DNA of 64,000 bases from Candidatus Poribacteria bacterium (lineage in GTDB: Bacteria > Poribacteria > WGA-4E > WGA-3G): the NCBI GenBank assembly GCA_012267415.1, contig JAAXGN010000008.1, forward strand, positions 719 to 64,718, read 5' to 3'. The position numbers and the translations under genes are program-made. A model generated the notes under the pieces. That model was not told where the DNA came from and did not search any database. It saw nothing but the letters and a program-made list of their open reading frames with translations. Below are positions 47,448 to 58,191 of the stretch, one piece after another; position 1 is the stretch's first letter; every line of letters begins with the position of its first letter.

Positions 47448-48524
47448 TTATGGGGTTTCGTAACGCTTCTTATCTTCAGCCATAGTAATATCATCACCGA
47501 TGGGTACATTGAATTTTTCTGCACATGCTAGCAGTTGTTTGTAGATTGTATCCGGAATCTCTATACCATTCTTGAGTCGTTCAGCACGGTTACGTGCTTC
47601 AAAATCGCCAGGTGATAACACTTCATCAAAACCTTGTGCTGGAGGCGTAGATTTGATGACATCTAAGAAGGCGCGAACACCCTTCTGGTATTCGTTGATG
47701 GGTGTGAATGCGTTGACATCTATCGTCTGCATGTAAATACCCCCCATGTTGCCGGTCTCAACGTTGAATGTCCCTGCTAAACCTCCCAGTAGACATGTGA
47801 ACATTGCAAGTGCGTATCCTTTATGTCTTCCGAATGTTAAGAGCGTTCCACCATCATAAAAATCTGCCGGTTTAACGCTCGGTACACCGTTTTTATCCAA
47901 TATACATCCTTCTGGTAAATCCGCATCTTTACTTCTTGCCACCTGTATTTTTCCTTCCGCGATGACACTTGTAGCATAGTCAACGATGAAGGGTGCCGCA
48001 TCACCTGTAGGAACACCGATTGCGATCGGATTTGTGCTGAATGTGCCTTGTGATCCACCATACGGAACCATTGGACCAGCACCTTTTCCACCTTTACCGA
48101 CTGTGATGAGTCCGATACATCCTGCTACGGCTGCTTCTTCCGCGTATTCTCCTAAACGTCCGATATGACCGGTGTTGAAAATACTCACACAACACATGCC
48201 TGACTGTTTTGATTTTTCTATGGACTTTCGAATTGTCCAACGGGAAACATAATGTCCGAAGCACTGATTGCCATCAACTCTTAATGTGTTATCCGTTTCA
48301 GCAACTACCGCTGGTTCCGCTGTTGGTTTAATGCCTCCCGACTCAATTGCCCTTAGGTATGCGGGTATTCTTAGAATACCGTGGGAGTCATGTCCTGTTA
48401 GATGTGCCTTGACTAATATCTCGGCAACATCATCCGCAATGTGGTTTGATGTTCCTGCTGCGACAAACAGAGTGCGAGCAATTGCGTGAATGTGTGGGGC
48501 AGGAAATAGATGTGTTTTCGTCAT
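47448..48524 (-). CDS. Ldh_2-family (malate/L-lactate/ureidoglycolate-type) NAD(P)H oxidoreductase
   Basis: GHDSHGILRIPAY, FSTNPIAIGVP and GRHKGYALAM. Confidence 0.8.
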   Translation of the reverse strand: MTKTHLFPAPHIHAIARTLFVAAGTSNHIADDVAEILVKAHLTGHDSHGILRIPAYLRAIESGGIKPTAEPAVVAETDNTLRVDGNQCFGHYVSRWTIRKSIEKSKQSGMCCVSIFNTGHIGRLGEYAEEAAVAGCIGLITVGKGGKGAGPMVPYGGSQGTFSTNPIAIGVPTGDAAPFIVDYATSVIAEGKIQVARSKDADLPEGCILDKNGVPSVKPADFYDGGTLLTFGRHKGYALAMFTCLLGGLAGTFNVETGNMGGIYMQTIDVNAFTPINEYQKGVRAFLDVIKSTPPAQGFDEVLSPGDFEARNRAERLKNGIEIPDTIYKQLLACAEKFNVPIGDDITMAEDKKRYETP

Positions 48525-48703
48525 ATTTTCTATCCTCTGATATATGATAAATGAATGATAGCATATCCCCTATTTTATCTTAAATTACGCATTTTCTCAA
48601 GAGAAAGTGGAAATGTACTTGACATCCATACGGAATTCTGGAATACTTACAACTTACATTAATATATATCAAATTGGAAATATATATGCAAATAGGAGAT
48701 TGT

Positions 48704-49768
48704 ATGGAACCTGTAAAAATAGGTGTTATTGGTTGTGGAGTTATCGGAAGTAGACATCTCAGTATCGCATCTGACTCTGAGAACGTTGAACTCGTTGCAG
48801 CAGCTGACTTGGTGGAGTCCTACCGAGAACGCGCTGCGGAACGATTCAATCCACCAAAAGTATATACCAACGATGTTGACCTGTTGGATGACCCAGAAGT
48901 AGAAGCAGTCGTATTAGCATTTCCCACGCAATACAGAACTGAAGTAGCATTACGTGCCTTTGAACGCGGCAAACATGTCCTCTTAGAAAAACCGATTGCT
49001 ATGAACGTTGATGAAGTGAATCAACTGATAGATGCACGTGGGGATTTAGTCTCTGGATGCTGTTCGTCGCGGAATCGCTTTAACAAAGCTGCACGATTGG
49101 TAACGCAACTCATCACATCGGGTGGGTTAGGCGAATTACGGACTGTACATTGTCGCGCATTAAGAGGATGTGGGAAACAACCCGATACATCAAGACCCGC
49201 ATGGCGACTGACGAAAGCACTCAATGGCGGCGGAATCTTGGTTAACTGGGGATGCTACGATATTGATTATCTACTCGGCATCACCGGATGGCAACTCAAA
49301 CCAAAGACCGTGTTTGCACAGACGTGGACTGTCCCGCCCGTATTTGAGTCACATATTGCGCCAGGTTCTGATGCAGAAACACATTATACTGCACTTGTTC
49401 GTTGTGAAGACGGCACCGTGATTAATCTCGAACGCGGTGAATTTTTGGCATCTCACTCACATTCAGATTGGGAGATAATCGGCTCAGAAGGTGCACTGAA
49501 ACTAAGAATGGGAGATGGAAACCCGAATAACATTGTACACAGTCAAACAACCACAGTAGATGGTGTCAGCTCAAATCCACTTGAAGATGGTGAAGATACT
49601 GAAGGTCCGCACTATAATAATCCGCTAATAGATTTTGCTGCAGCGATACGTGGAAACAGACAACCAATTACGGGTTTGGAACAAGCACTTGTCGTTCAGC
49701 AGATTACAGATGCAATCTATGCTTCAGCAGATAGTGGATCAGTAGTTGATATAGCAGATTTGAATTAA
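48704..49768 (+). CDS. Gfo/Idh/MocA-family oxidoreductase
   Basis: VKIGVIGCGVIGSRH and LLEKPIA. The ATG at 48704 has AGGAG 7 nt upstream; the ORF-track start is 48674. Confidence 0.8.
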   Translation: MEPVKIGVIGCGVIGSRHLSIASDSENVELVAAADLVESYRERAAERFNPPKVYTNDVDLLDDPEVEAVVLAFPTQYRTEVALRAFERGKHVLLEKPIAMNVDEVNQLIDARGDLVSGCCSSRNRFNKAARLVTQLITSGGLGELRTVHCRALRGCGKQPDTSRPAWRLTKALNGGGILVNWGCYDIDYLLGITGWQLKPKTVFAQTWTVPPVFESHIAPGSDAETHYTALVRCEDGTVINLERGEFLASHSHSDWEIIGSEGALKLRMGDGNPNNIVHSQTTTVDGVSSNPLEDGEDTEGPHYNNPLIDFAAAIRGNRQPITGLEQALVVQQITDAIYASADSGSVVDIADLN

Positions 49769-49782
49769 GGTTATTAAAAAAC

Positions 49783-49811
49783 TTGACAATAAAACTGTAA
49801 TCGTTTAAAAT
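49783..49811 (+). promoter_or_regulatory. putative sigma70-type promoter
   Basis: TTGACA (49783-49788), a 17-nt spacer, then TAAAAT (49806-49811). Confidence 0.4.
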
Positions 49812-49837
49812 ACATATATTATCCCTGATTTTTTTCA

Positions 49838-49866
49838 TTGCATTTTTTGTTGCAAAGTGCTATAAT
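49838..49866 (+). promoter_or_regulatory. putative sigma70-type promoter
   Basis: TTGCAT (49838-49843), a 17-nt spacer, then TATAAT (49861-49866), about 125 nt upstream of the 49993 ATG. Confidence 0.45.
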
Positions 49867-49992
49867 TTACTCTATAAATAATGTGACCTCTCACGGTTTC
49901 ACTATTTATTGACAATAGATAAAATTTCGGTTCAGCTAGCAAGCCGGAATAAGATTAAATTAGTTTGTAAGGAATAAGGAGATTTCATAGCT

Positions 49993-50712
49993 ATGAAGAA
50001 ATTAGCAATTTTTTTCACAATTGCTTGTTTAACCGTTGCACCAACCGCATTCGCTCAAGATTGGCAGCCGGCAGGTGATCAATGGATTGAAAAATGGTGG
50101 GCACTCGATTTAGTCACAAATACCGGCGGATTCGGCCCCTCTGCTGATCAAGACTATCTTGCCACGGGCACCAATGGCGATTATAACAATGTTTCAGTAT
50201 CCACACGTTACGGTGCTGGACTGACTGGAAGAGGGGCAGTTTACTTGCCAGATAACGGCGGTACGCTCGTCTGGTCCGTAGTTGACCTTGACACAGAAGC
50301 GGGAAATAACATGTCTTTGGCTCACGGTCCTAATGCTCTGGATAACTTTACTTGGCACGGTATCCTGCTTATCTTGTCTCCTGATGAACGCACAACCACA
50401 ATGTATCCATCACATGATGATTATGCAGAAATATGGTTGAACGGGAGTAAGGTATATGACAATCCTGATTGGACAGGTGGTGTTAGAAACGTAACCCGTC
50501 CAACAGAGATAGACCTGATCCAGGGCGAAAATTTCCTGCACTATAAGTGCGGCGAAGGCGGCGGAGGCGATTATATCAACCTGCGTTTTGATGAAGCTGA
50601 TACAGACCTGCAGATCGCACCAACACTAGATGGGCAATTCTTGAATGTGCTTACCCCAGTTGAACCCCGCAACAAAGTTACAACAACTTGGGCAGATATT
50701 AAACGAAAATAA
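49993..50712 (+). CDS. hypothetical secreted protein
   Basis: Signal peptide ending TAFAQD and the RBS AAGGAG. Possibly a beta-sandwich fold (EIWLNGSKVYDN...GENFLHYKCGEGGGGDYINLRF), but the family is not recognised. Confidence 0.6.
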   Translation: MKKLAIFFTIACLTVAPTAFAQDWQPAGDQWIEKWWALDLVTNTGGFGPSADQDYLATGTNGDYNNVSVSTRYGAGLTGRGAVYLPDNGGTLVWSVVDLDTEAGNNMSLAHGPNALDNFTWHGILLILSPDERTTTMYPSHDDYAEIWLNGSKVYDNPDWTGGVRNVTRPTEIDLIQGENFLHYKCGEGGGGDYINLRFDEADTDLQIAPTLDGQFLNVLTPVEPRNKVTTTWADIKRK

Positions 50713-50735
50713 TGTCCCTGAGAACCTTCAAACAG

Positions 50736-50780
50736 AAAACCCGTTTCCCCATCGGTTATATAAGGGATACGGGTTTTTTG
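50736..50780 (+). terminator. Rho-independent terminator (possibly bidirectional)
   Basis: aaaacccgtttccc pairs with gggatacgggtttt around a loop of about 14 nt and is followed by a T-run. It lies between convergent genes. Confidence 0.7.
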
Positions 50781-50806
50781 CTTTGCAGTCTAAGTCTAAA
50801 TAGATT

Positions 50807-52489
50807 CTATTCTGGTTCCCTTATTATCAATATCTGATTAACGTCTATATTTTCTAACTTTTGAACGATCCCGTTCTGCCATATTACTTCCATTCTATCA
50901 ACTTTTTCCGTGTCGTCTAAACCGAATAACAAGCGTGTATCACTACCTGAAGCATAACTTGATCCACTTTTCACTTCTGCAATCTGTGTAATTTCGTCCG
51001 ATACAATTTTCACCTTTGTCCCGATCCCGTCCCGGTTGGTCCGTGTACCTAGGAGTTTGACACTCAGCCAGTTTTTCCTGTTTCCACCTTCATTTCTGAG
51101 TAAGACTGCACGCTGATTTGAATTTTGGATAACAATATCAATATCTCCATCGTTATCATAGTCAGCAGATGCGGCAGCCCTACCAACACGTTCTTCGGAG
51201 AAATACGCTCCTGATGCCTGTGATACTTCAACATAAGAACCATTACCATCGTTATGAAAAAGTTGATCTCGTTGTGGGTATGTTTCGTGTTGAAGTGTCA
51301 ATATTTCAATTACATCTTGTGGATTGCCGTTTGCACAGAAAACATCAAGGGATCCATCATTGTCATAATCTAAGAAAAGCGGACTGAAACCGACATAAGG
51401 TAACGTAGGTTGCAGTAATCCACTCTCTGCAGACGCCTCTGTAAACAGAAAACCCGCTTTACCCAATTTCTGTGATTTATAGAGTGTCGCTTTCTCTGAA
51501 TTTGCGATGATGATGTCAAACAATCCATCACCGTTGTAGTCACCATAGTCTACACCCATAGACCCTTCAGCAACACCGTTTTCATCATAACCGACGCCAA
51601 GAAAGAGACTCTCATCTGTAAATGTTCCATCTCCGTTGTTATGATACAGAAAGTTTCGATTTGTGTCGTTCGCGACATAGATATCGGGATATAGATCGTT
51701 ATTGTAATCGAATGCAACAGCAGCCATGCCTCGACCTTCTATCTGTGCCTCTATTCTGCTGACAAGTCCAGCTGTTTCAGCAACATCTGTAAATGTGCCG
51801 TCTCCGTTATTTTTATAAAGCACATCCGTGGTTCCTTCATAACTCCGTGGATGACCGTACCCTATAATTCCTCTGTATCTCGTTACTGGCATAGAGGTTT
51901 TGTATATGAGGTAGTTGACAACAAAGATGTCTAAGTCACCGTCCAAATCATAATCCAGAAAAATGGCTGCAATGCTCCAGAGTGTATTGTCAATGCCTGC
52001 AGCTTCAGTTATATTGGTAAATGTTCCATCGCCGTTATTTTGATATAGACTATCTCGTTCAAAGTTGCATACATAGAGATCTACATCCCCGTCGTTATCA
52101 ATATCCCCAGCGGATGCAGCCATACCGTATCCGATATCTCCAACCCCCGCTGCATCAGTGACATCTATAAAGTGTCCGTTTCCTTCATTGCGATAAAGCA
52201 CGTTTGAACCGTTCTCACTTTTAGTCTTATCTGAGATTCCATCAATAGGCACAGGTCCGCTGTTAACGAAATATAGGTCAATGTTTCCATCTGCGTCGTA
52301 ATCAAAAAAGACGACACCGGATCCCATTGTCTCAATGACGTGTTTATGCTCTGTCTTACCGTTGTTGTGTTTAAAGTCTATCCCTGCTTCCTGAGTGGCA
52401 TCTACAAAAATAGGAAGCTCTTCAGCTGAAAGATATGCTGAGAAAAATATAGATGTAGAAGTTAAAAGCAAGATTATTAATTTCGGCAT
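50807..52489 (-). CDS. CRTAC1-family protein (FG-GAP/VCBS repeats plus ASPIC/UnbV C-terminal domain)
   Basis: Repeats FDYDADGNIDLY, GDIDNDGDVDLY, LDYDLDGDLDIF and ADYDNDGDIDIV, then NRDGIGTKVKIVS...AEVKSGSSYASGSD. Confidence 0.85.
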   Translation of the reverse strand: MPKLIILLLTSTSIFFSAYLSAEELPIFVDATQEAGIDFKHNNGKTEHKHVIETMGSGVVFFDYDADGNIDLYFVNSGPVPIDGISDKTKSENGSNVLYRNEGNGHFIDVTDAAGVGDIGYGMAASAGDIDNDGDVDLYVCNFERDSLYQNNGDGTFTNITEAAGIDNTLWSIAAIFLDYDLDGDLDIFVVNYLIYKTSMPVTRYRGIIGYGHPRSYEGTTDVLYKNNGDGTFTDVAETAGLVSRIEAQIEGRGMAAVAFDYNNDLYPDIYVANDTNRNFLYHNNGDGTFTDESLFLGVGYDENGVAEGSMGVDYGDYNGDGLFDIIIANSEKATLYKSQKLGKAGFLFTEASAESGLLQPTLPYVGFSPLFLDYDNDGSLDVFCANGNPQDVIEILTLQHETYPQRDQLFHNDGNGSYVEVSQASGAYFSEERVGRAAASADYDNDGDIDIVIQNSNQRAVLLRNEGGNRKNWLSVKLLGTRTNRDGIGTKVKIVSDEITQIAEVKSGSSYASGSDTRLLFGLDDTEKVDRMEVIWQNGIVQKLENIDVNQILIIREPE

Positions 52490-52515
52490 GAGTTATGACT
52501 ATCAGAAAAAACTTC

Positions 52516-54207
52516 CTATTCAGGTTCTGTTATTGTTATTATTTGATTAACGGCAGTTTTGCCTAAGTTCTGAAGAGACCCGCTTTGCCACATGATCTCA
52601 ATACGCTCAATTTCTTTAGCTTTGTCCAAGCCAAACAGCAAGCGCGTATCGCTTCCAGATGCATAGCTTGATCCGCTTTTCACTTCTGCAATCTGCGTAA
52701 TATCTTCAGAGACGATTTTCACCTTTGTCCCTATCCCGTCACGGTTAGTCCGTGTGCCTACGAGTTTTACGCTCAGCCAGTTTTTCCTGTTTCCACCTTC
52801 ATTTCTGAGTAAGACTGCACGCTGATTTGAATTTTGGATAACAATATCAATATCTCCATCGTTATCATAGTCAGCAGAAGCAGCAGCTCTACCAACAAGT
52901 TTTTCGGAGAAATACGCTCCCGATGTCTGTGATACTTCAACATAAGAACCATCACCCTTGTTATGAAAAAGCTGGTCCCGTTGTGCGTAAGTTTCATGGT
53001 CGTTCAATAGTTCAATTATGTCTTGGGGATGACCGTTTGCACAAAAATAGTCCAAAAACCCGTCATTGTCATAGTCCAAAAAAAGCGGACTAAAACCAAC
53101 GAAAGGTAGCGTAGGTTGTAGTAATCCGCTATTTGCAGTAATATCTACAAAGAGAAATTCTCCTTCACCGTTTTTCTGTCCAAAATGCTGTAATTTATAG
53201 AGTGTTGTCTTCTCAAAATTCGCAAGTATGATATCTAACAATCCATCACGATTAAAATCGCCATAGTCTATCCCCATAGATGCTTCTGCAAAACCGTTTT
53301 CATCATAACCGACGCCAAGAAAGAGACTCTCATCTGTAAATGTTCCATCCCCATTGTTATGATACAGGAAATTGCGGTTTGTGTCGTTAGCAACATAGAT
53401 ATCTGGGAACTGGTCGTTGTTGTAATCAAAAGCAATTGCTCCCATACCGCGCCCCTCAATTGGCCCCACTATTTTGCTGGCAAGTCCTGCGACTTCAGCG
53501 ACATCTGTAAACGTTCCGTTCCCATTATTTCTATATAGTACATCTGCAGTACCTTCAAAACTACGAGGGAGAGGATAACCGATTATCTCTTTGAATTTGG
53601 TCGATGGCATGGTTACGTTATATATAAGGTAATTGACAACAAAGATGTCCAAATCACCATCTAAATCATAATCCAGAAAAACGGAGCCGATACTCCAAAG
53701 TGAATTGTTGATTCCAGCAGTATCCGTAATATCTGTAAATGTCCCATCGCCGTTATTTTGATATAGACTATCTCGTTCAAAGTTGCATACATAGAGATCT
53801 ACATCCCCGTCGTTATCAATGTCCCCCGCAGATGCAGCCATACCGTATCCGATATCTCCAACCCTCGCTGCATCAGTGACATCTATAAAGTGTCCGTTAC
53901 CTTCATTGCGATAAAGCACGTTTGAACCGTTCTCACTTTTAGTCTTATCTGAGATTCCATCAACAGGCACAGGTCCGCTGTTAACGAAATATAGGTCAAT
54001 GTTTCCATCTGCGTCGTAATCAAAAAAGACGACACCGGATCCCATTGTCTCAATGACGTGTTTATGCTCTGTCTTACCGTTATTATGTTTAAAGTTTATC
54101 CCTGCTTCCTCCGTAACATCTACAAAAACAGGTAACGTATCCGCTGATGTAAACATTACTACAAATATGAACAGAAATGGAAAAAGAAGATACGTGAACT
54201 TTAGCAT
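52516..54207 (-). CDS. CRTAC1-family protein, tandem paralog of 50807-52489
   Basis: Same architecture and colinear with its neighbour, including long nearly identical nucleotide tracts. Confidence 0.85.
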   Translation of the reverse strand: MLKFTYLLFPFLFIFVVMFTSADTLPVFVDVTEEAGINFKHNNGKTEHKHVIETMGSGVVFFDYDADGNIDLYFVNSGPVPVDGISDKTKSENGSNVLYRNEGNGHFIDVTDAARVGDIGYGMAASAGDIDNDGDVDLYVCNFERDSLYQNNGDGTFTDITDTAGINNSLWSIGSVFLDYDLDGDLDIFVVNYLIYNVTMPSTKFKEIIGYPLPRSFEGTADVLYRNNGNGTFTDVAEVAGLASKIVGPIEGRGMGAIAFDYNNDQFPDIYVANDTNRNFLYHNNGDGTFTDESLFLGVGYDENGFAEASMGIDYGDFNRDGLLDIILANFEKTTLYKLQHFGQKNGEGEFLFVDITANSGLLQPTLPFVGFSPLFLDYDNDGFLDYFCANGHPQDIIELLNDHETYAQRDQLFHNKGDGSYVEVSQTSGAYFSEKLVGRAAASADYDNDGDIDIVIQNSNQRAVLLRNEGGNRKNWLSVKLVGTRTNRDGIGTKVKIVSEDITQIAEVKSGSSYASGSDTRLLFGLDKAKEIERIEIMWQSGSLQNLGKTAVNQIITITEPE

Positions 54208-54231
54208 ATATGGTATTTGTTAGATAAGACT

Positions 54232-55050
54232 CTACTTATTTTTCGGTTCAGCAGTTTTTGCTATACGGAAACCTACGAAGGAAGTTTTTAGGGTTGGATA
54301 AAGATAAAAGCGGAATGTTGTGGTACAGCGAGCAAGTTTGTCAATCCAAGACCCACCTCTAACGGCACGCCAACTACCGACGTCGGGTCCCTCTGGATTC
54401 TGTTTTGGTGTGTGATAATAGTAGACATCACTATACCAATCTGCGGTCCACTCCCACACATTACCCGCCATATCCATTATACCGAAAAAGCTCTTTCCTT
54501 TCGGATAGCTGCCAACAGGTGCAAGTCGGTTCTCGTAACCATCATTTCCTTCAGCAGTATTTGCGAACAGTTCGAAGGCATTTCCCCAGGGAAATGTCCT
54601 ATCTGTATAACCTCTTGCAGCTTTTTCCCATTCAGCTTCAGTCGGAAGTCGCATCCCTTTCCAGTCAGCATAAGCTTTAGCATCATGCCAAGAGACACCA
54701 ACAACAGGATTATCCGGATGTTTTTTTGCACGCTCAGGCCATTGACCTATATGGGGGTGATGCGAAAAGTCTTCAGGTGTGTGTAGTGTTGCCTTGGCTT
54801 TATTGTCTTGTAGACTCATCCAAAATTCATGGTATTCTGCGTTCGTAACTTCGTACTTGCCTATATAATAGGCCGTTAAGTAGACCTTATGTGAAGGTTT
54901 TTCATCGTCTGCACGATTATCGCTACCCATTGTAAATGTGCCAGCAGGAATTAGAATCATCTGATTTTCTGGCTTCTGAGCAAACACATTACAAGGGATA
55001 GAACATGAAAGGAAGAATAAAAAAAATGAGATCAGTAGTTTAATTTTCAT
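54232..55050 (-). CDS. formylglycine-generating enzyme (SUMF1/FGE) family protein
   Basis: MILIPAGTFTMGSD, YIGKYEVTNAEY, VSWHDAKAYADWKGMRLPTEAEWEKAARG, GNVWEWTADW and RGGSW. Confidence 0.88.
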   Translation of the reverse strand: MKIKLLISFFLFFLSCSIPCNVFAQKPENQMILIPAGTFTMGSDNRADDEKPSHKVYLTAYYIGKYEVTNAEYHEFWMSLQDNKAKATLHTPEDFSHHPHIGQWPERAKKHPDNPVVGVSWHDAKAYADWKGMRLPTEAEWEKAARGYTDRTFPWGNAFELFANTAEGNDGYENRLAPVGSYPKGKSFFGIMDMAGNVWEWTADWYSDVYYYHTPKQNPEGPDVGSWRAVRGGSWIDKLARCTTTFRFYLYPTLKTSFVGFRIAKTAEPKNK

Positions 55051-56252
55051 TGTCCCTTATTTTGCTGTTTAGATAGGTAAAATTCATAAGCTTGATAATG
55101 TTCTTGAGCCAGTTTTCTATTACCGATACTCTGATACAGTTTAGAGATGTTCAGATGATAGTAGGGTTGTTCATTGTCCAGCATTATCGCTTGTTGATAA
55201 GCTGGGATTGCTTTTTGTATCATGCCTAAGCGCGCATAGGTACTGCCAAGTGTATTATAGAATATTGATTGTTTGGGTGAGAGCAGAATTGCTTTACCGA
55301 CAGATTCAAGTGCGTGTTTGGGATAATTCAGATTGAGAAATGCTTGACTGAGCCCGTGATGGAATCCGGCAATTTTGTCGGGAGACGCATTTTGAGAATT
55401 ACCTAACGCAATGCATTTTTGTAGTGCGGGGATTGCCTCATTGTAGATTTTCTGTTGCATCAGTATTCTGGCTAAACCTGTCCACCCTTCAAGGTTATCG
55501 GGGTCAACCCGTGTCTGACGCGTAAACCTTTCATATTCAACGTTCAGCCTCTGTAACTGCTGATACAATAGCATCTCGCTTCTACTCTTTTCTCGCTCTC
55601 CTGTGTGCACATAAGCAGTGCCGAGACCGTAATGCGGTTCTGCAAAGTTGGGAGGACCGTATTTTATTGCATTCTTAAAGTTGGTAATGGCTTCTGAGTA
55701 TGACTTAATTTTAAGGTAGGCATTACCGAGTTCGTTGTAATTCCCGGGGGAGTTTGGTTTGAGTTCAAGGGTTTTCGTTAGAACCTCAACAGCATCCGTA
55801 TATTGCCGAAGCTTGATATACACTTTACCCAATAATTCATGACCTCGTGCATGATTAGGTGAAAGTGTTATGACCTGTTTCAACTGTGCCGCGGCATCTG
55901 ACCATTGATCAAGTTTGAAATAAAGCAACCCTAATGAATAAAGCACTTCAATACTATCTGATTTCAGTTCTAAAGCACGTCTGTAGACATTTATCGCTTT
56001 CTTCCAAGATTCATCTTGTGTATACGACATACCTAAATAATGCAATATCTCATAATGATCAGGTTCAATGGCAAGTGCTGCCTCAAAAGACTCTATTGCC
56101 TGTTCGTTATTGCCTTGAAATAGAGACTTAAACGCCTGCTCTACATGCTGCACATACAATGCATGTGTATTTGCATCTGCATTGAGACTAAGCATTACTG
56201 CAAAGTACAATAAGATTAATGTAACAAAGAATATATTACGCATACACGCCAC
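55047..56252 (-). CDS. tetratricopeptide-repeat protein
   Basis: Signal/anchor segment followed by about 10 TPR-like units (A..YY.LG..Y....W..A). Its stop overlaps the FGE gene start by 4 nt. Confidence 0.8.
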   Translation of the reverse strand: MACMRNIFFVTLILLYFAVMLSLNADANTHALYVQHVEQAFKSLFQGNNEQAIESFEAALAIEPDHYEILHYLGMSYTQDESWKKAINVYRRALELKSDSIEVLYSLGLLYFKLDQWSDAAAQLKQVITLSPNHARGHELLGKVYIKLRQYTDAVEVLTKTLELKPNSPGNYNELGNAYLKIKSYSEAITNFKNAIKYGPPNFAEPHYGLGTAYVHTGEREKSRSEMLLYQQLQRLNVEYERFTRQTRVDPDNLEGWTGLARILMQQKIYNEAIPALQKCIALGNSQNASPDKIAGFHHGLSQAFLNLNYPKHALESVGKAILLSPKQSIFYNTLGSTYARLGMIQKAIPAYQQAIMLDNEQPYYHLNISKLYQSIGNRKLAQEHYQAYEFYLSKQQNKGQ

Positions 56253-56324
56253 TCCTTCTGCAAGACTTATAGTAAAGTAAAAAAATAATGATACATTTCA
56301 CCCAATACACCGATGACAAAGAAC

Positions 56325-56406
56325 ACCCAGCGTAGGGGCGAGGTAACCTCGCCCGTTGTCAAGCCAGTTAGCATTTTAACTGGCATTAATTCTAAAGTTC
56401 GCTATA
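56325..56406. mobile_element. MITE-like element fragment, paralog of 19434-19515, overlapping the nnr stop codon
   Basis: acccagcGTAGgggcgaggtaacctcgcccgttgtcaagccagttagcattttaactggcattaattctaaagttcgctata. The last 5 codons and the stop of nnr (IYSEL*) are encoded in its right end. Confidence 0.65.
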
Positions 56407-57972
56407 TATCAATTGAGACATCGTCTTCGGTACTGACAGGAGGACATCTCCAGCTATAAGACCGTGCATTCCTGTCTTATCTGCTGCGATGTCGCCTGCT
56501 AATCCATGGATATAGACACCGAGTATCGCTGCTATATCAACTGATAGGTTTTGTGCTATCAGTCCAGTGATAATCCCTGTTAACACATCTCCCATTCCAG
56601 CTGTCGCCATTCCCGGATTACCAGTTGAGTTGATCCACACATCACCCTTGGGGGTTGCTATAATAGTAGGTGCACCTTTAGATACGAGGGTTACTTCGTG
56701 CTGTTTTGCAAATTCTTCTGCTGCAGAAATCCCATCTAACGCTAATGTTTGTATGGCCGTTCCTGTTAGACGAGACATCTCACCTAAATGCGGTGTTAAG
56801 ACTGTTTCCGATTCCAGCATTGAGATAAGTTCTTTCTCCTGTGCTAATGCGTTCAATCCGTCCGCATCAATCACCATCCGCAAACCGAGTTCCTGTCTTC
56901 TGTTTTCACGTATCAGTTGATGAACAAATCTTACTGTCTCAGGATGTTGAGAAAGACCGGGACCAAGAGCCAAGACAGATTTTGTTTTTTCTGCATGTTC
57001 CAATATAGGCAATACTGCTGATTCTGCTATACTTCCTGTATCCGTTTCTGGCATAGGTAATGTCATTACTTCAGAAAGCTTAACCTCCATGATGGAATTC
57101 AGACTTTTCGGTATTGCCAGTGTTACCAATCCTGCACCTGTACGTAATGCTGCTTCACTTGTAAGTGCTGCCGCGCCTGTCATTCCGGTAGCACCTGCAA
57201 TGACTAAGACGCGCCCATAAGTTCCTTTATGAGATGCGTTGAAACGACGTGGCATCCAATCAATAGTTTGTTCTTTTGTTGTCCAATTTACGTTAATGTT
57301 CTGAGCATCAATTACCTGTTGTGGAAACCCTATGTCGATTATTTCTAAATTACCTGCAAGTGCTGTCCCAGGTTGAACCAATAACCCCCTTTTTGGCAAA
57401 CCTATCGTGATTGTTGTATCTGCTTTGATGCAAGTTCCCAACGGGTGACCCGTATCTGCATTTAAACCCGACGGTAAATCAACAGCGAGAATAGGTATAA
57501 AGTGGTCGTTGATAACGTCTATGATCTTCGCGATAGGTTCGCGCACTTCACTGTGCAATCCTGTACCGAAGATAGCATCTACAAGCAGGTCGCATTTCGC
57601 AACGAGATTATGTGATTTTTTCAGTGCATCATCTGTCACCACTTCTTTAATGTGCAACCCAAGTTTTTCCACTATGTCAAGATTGACCCGTGCTTCTCCA
57701 GTAAATGTCTCAGGGGACGAAACAAGAAAGATAAGCACCTCGTGTCCAGCATGTGCAAGTTGTCGTGCAATGACCAAACCATCTCCGCCATTGTTTCCCT
57801 TTCCGACAAATATGCCGACACGTTGTGCCTTCGGAAAGTGTTGTTTAATCTTGCGGACGATTTGACTCCCCGCAGTCTCCATCAGTACAATACCAGAGAT
57901 GCCAATTTCATTAATAGTATGACTGTCAATTTGACGCATCTGCGCTGCAGTCACCACTTTCATGCAGCCCAT
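56392..57972 (-). CDS. nnr: bifunctional NAD(P)H-hydrate epimerase/ADP-dependent dehydratase (YjeF)
   Basis: N-terminal GKGNNGGDGLVIARQL and a C-terminal carbohydrate-kinase-like GDVLTGIITGL; 526 aa. Confidence 0.88.
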   Translation of the reverse strand: MGCMKVVTAAQMRQIDSHTINEIGISGIVLMETAGSQIVRKIKQHFPKAQRVGIFVGKGNNGGDGLVIARQLAHAGHEVLIFLVSSPETFTGEARVNLDIVEKLGLHIKEVVTDDALKKSHNLVAKCDLLVDAIFGTGLHSEVREPIAKIIDVINDHFIPILAVDLPSGLNADTGHPLGTCIKADTTITIGLPKRGLLVQPGTALAGNLEIIDIGFPQQVIDAQNINVNWTTKEQTIDWMPRRFNASHKGTYGRVLVIAGATGMTGAAALTSEAALRTGAGLVTLAIPKSLNSIMEVKLSEVMTLPMPETDTGSIAESAVLPILEHAEKTKSVLALGPGLSQHPETVRFVHQLIRENRRQELGLRMVIDADGLNALAQEKELISMLESETVLTPHLGEMSRLTGTAIQTLALDGISAAEEFAKQHEVTLVSKGAPTIIATPKGDVWINSTGNPGMATAGMGDVLTGIITGLIAQNLSVDIAAILGVYIHGLAGDIAADKTGMHGLIAGDVLLSVPKTMSQLIYSEL

Positions 57973-58191
57973 CCTATAGTTTATACCTTAAAAAGTGACG
58001 TGAGTTTCAATATGAATATGTGAAAGAGTATAGCAGTATTTGAACCAAGCGTCAACAGCAAAGTTATATTAAAGGTGTGTATAATTTTTGCTACTTGTCT
58101 GAACCAGGATTTGCAGGATAAGGTGGGAAGAGCAGAAAGATGGAAGGATGCATAGGCGTCAATTTAAGGAAATTAATTTGTTCTTGATTTG

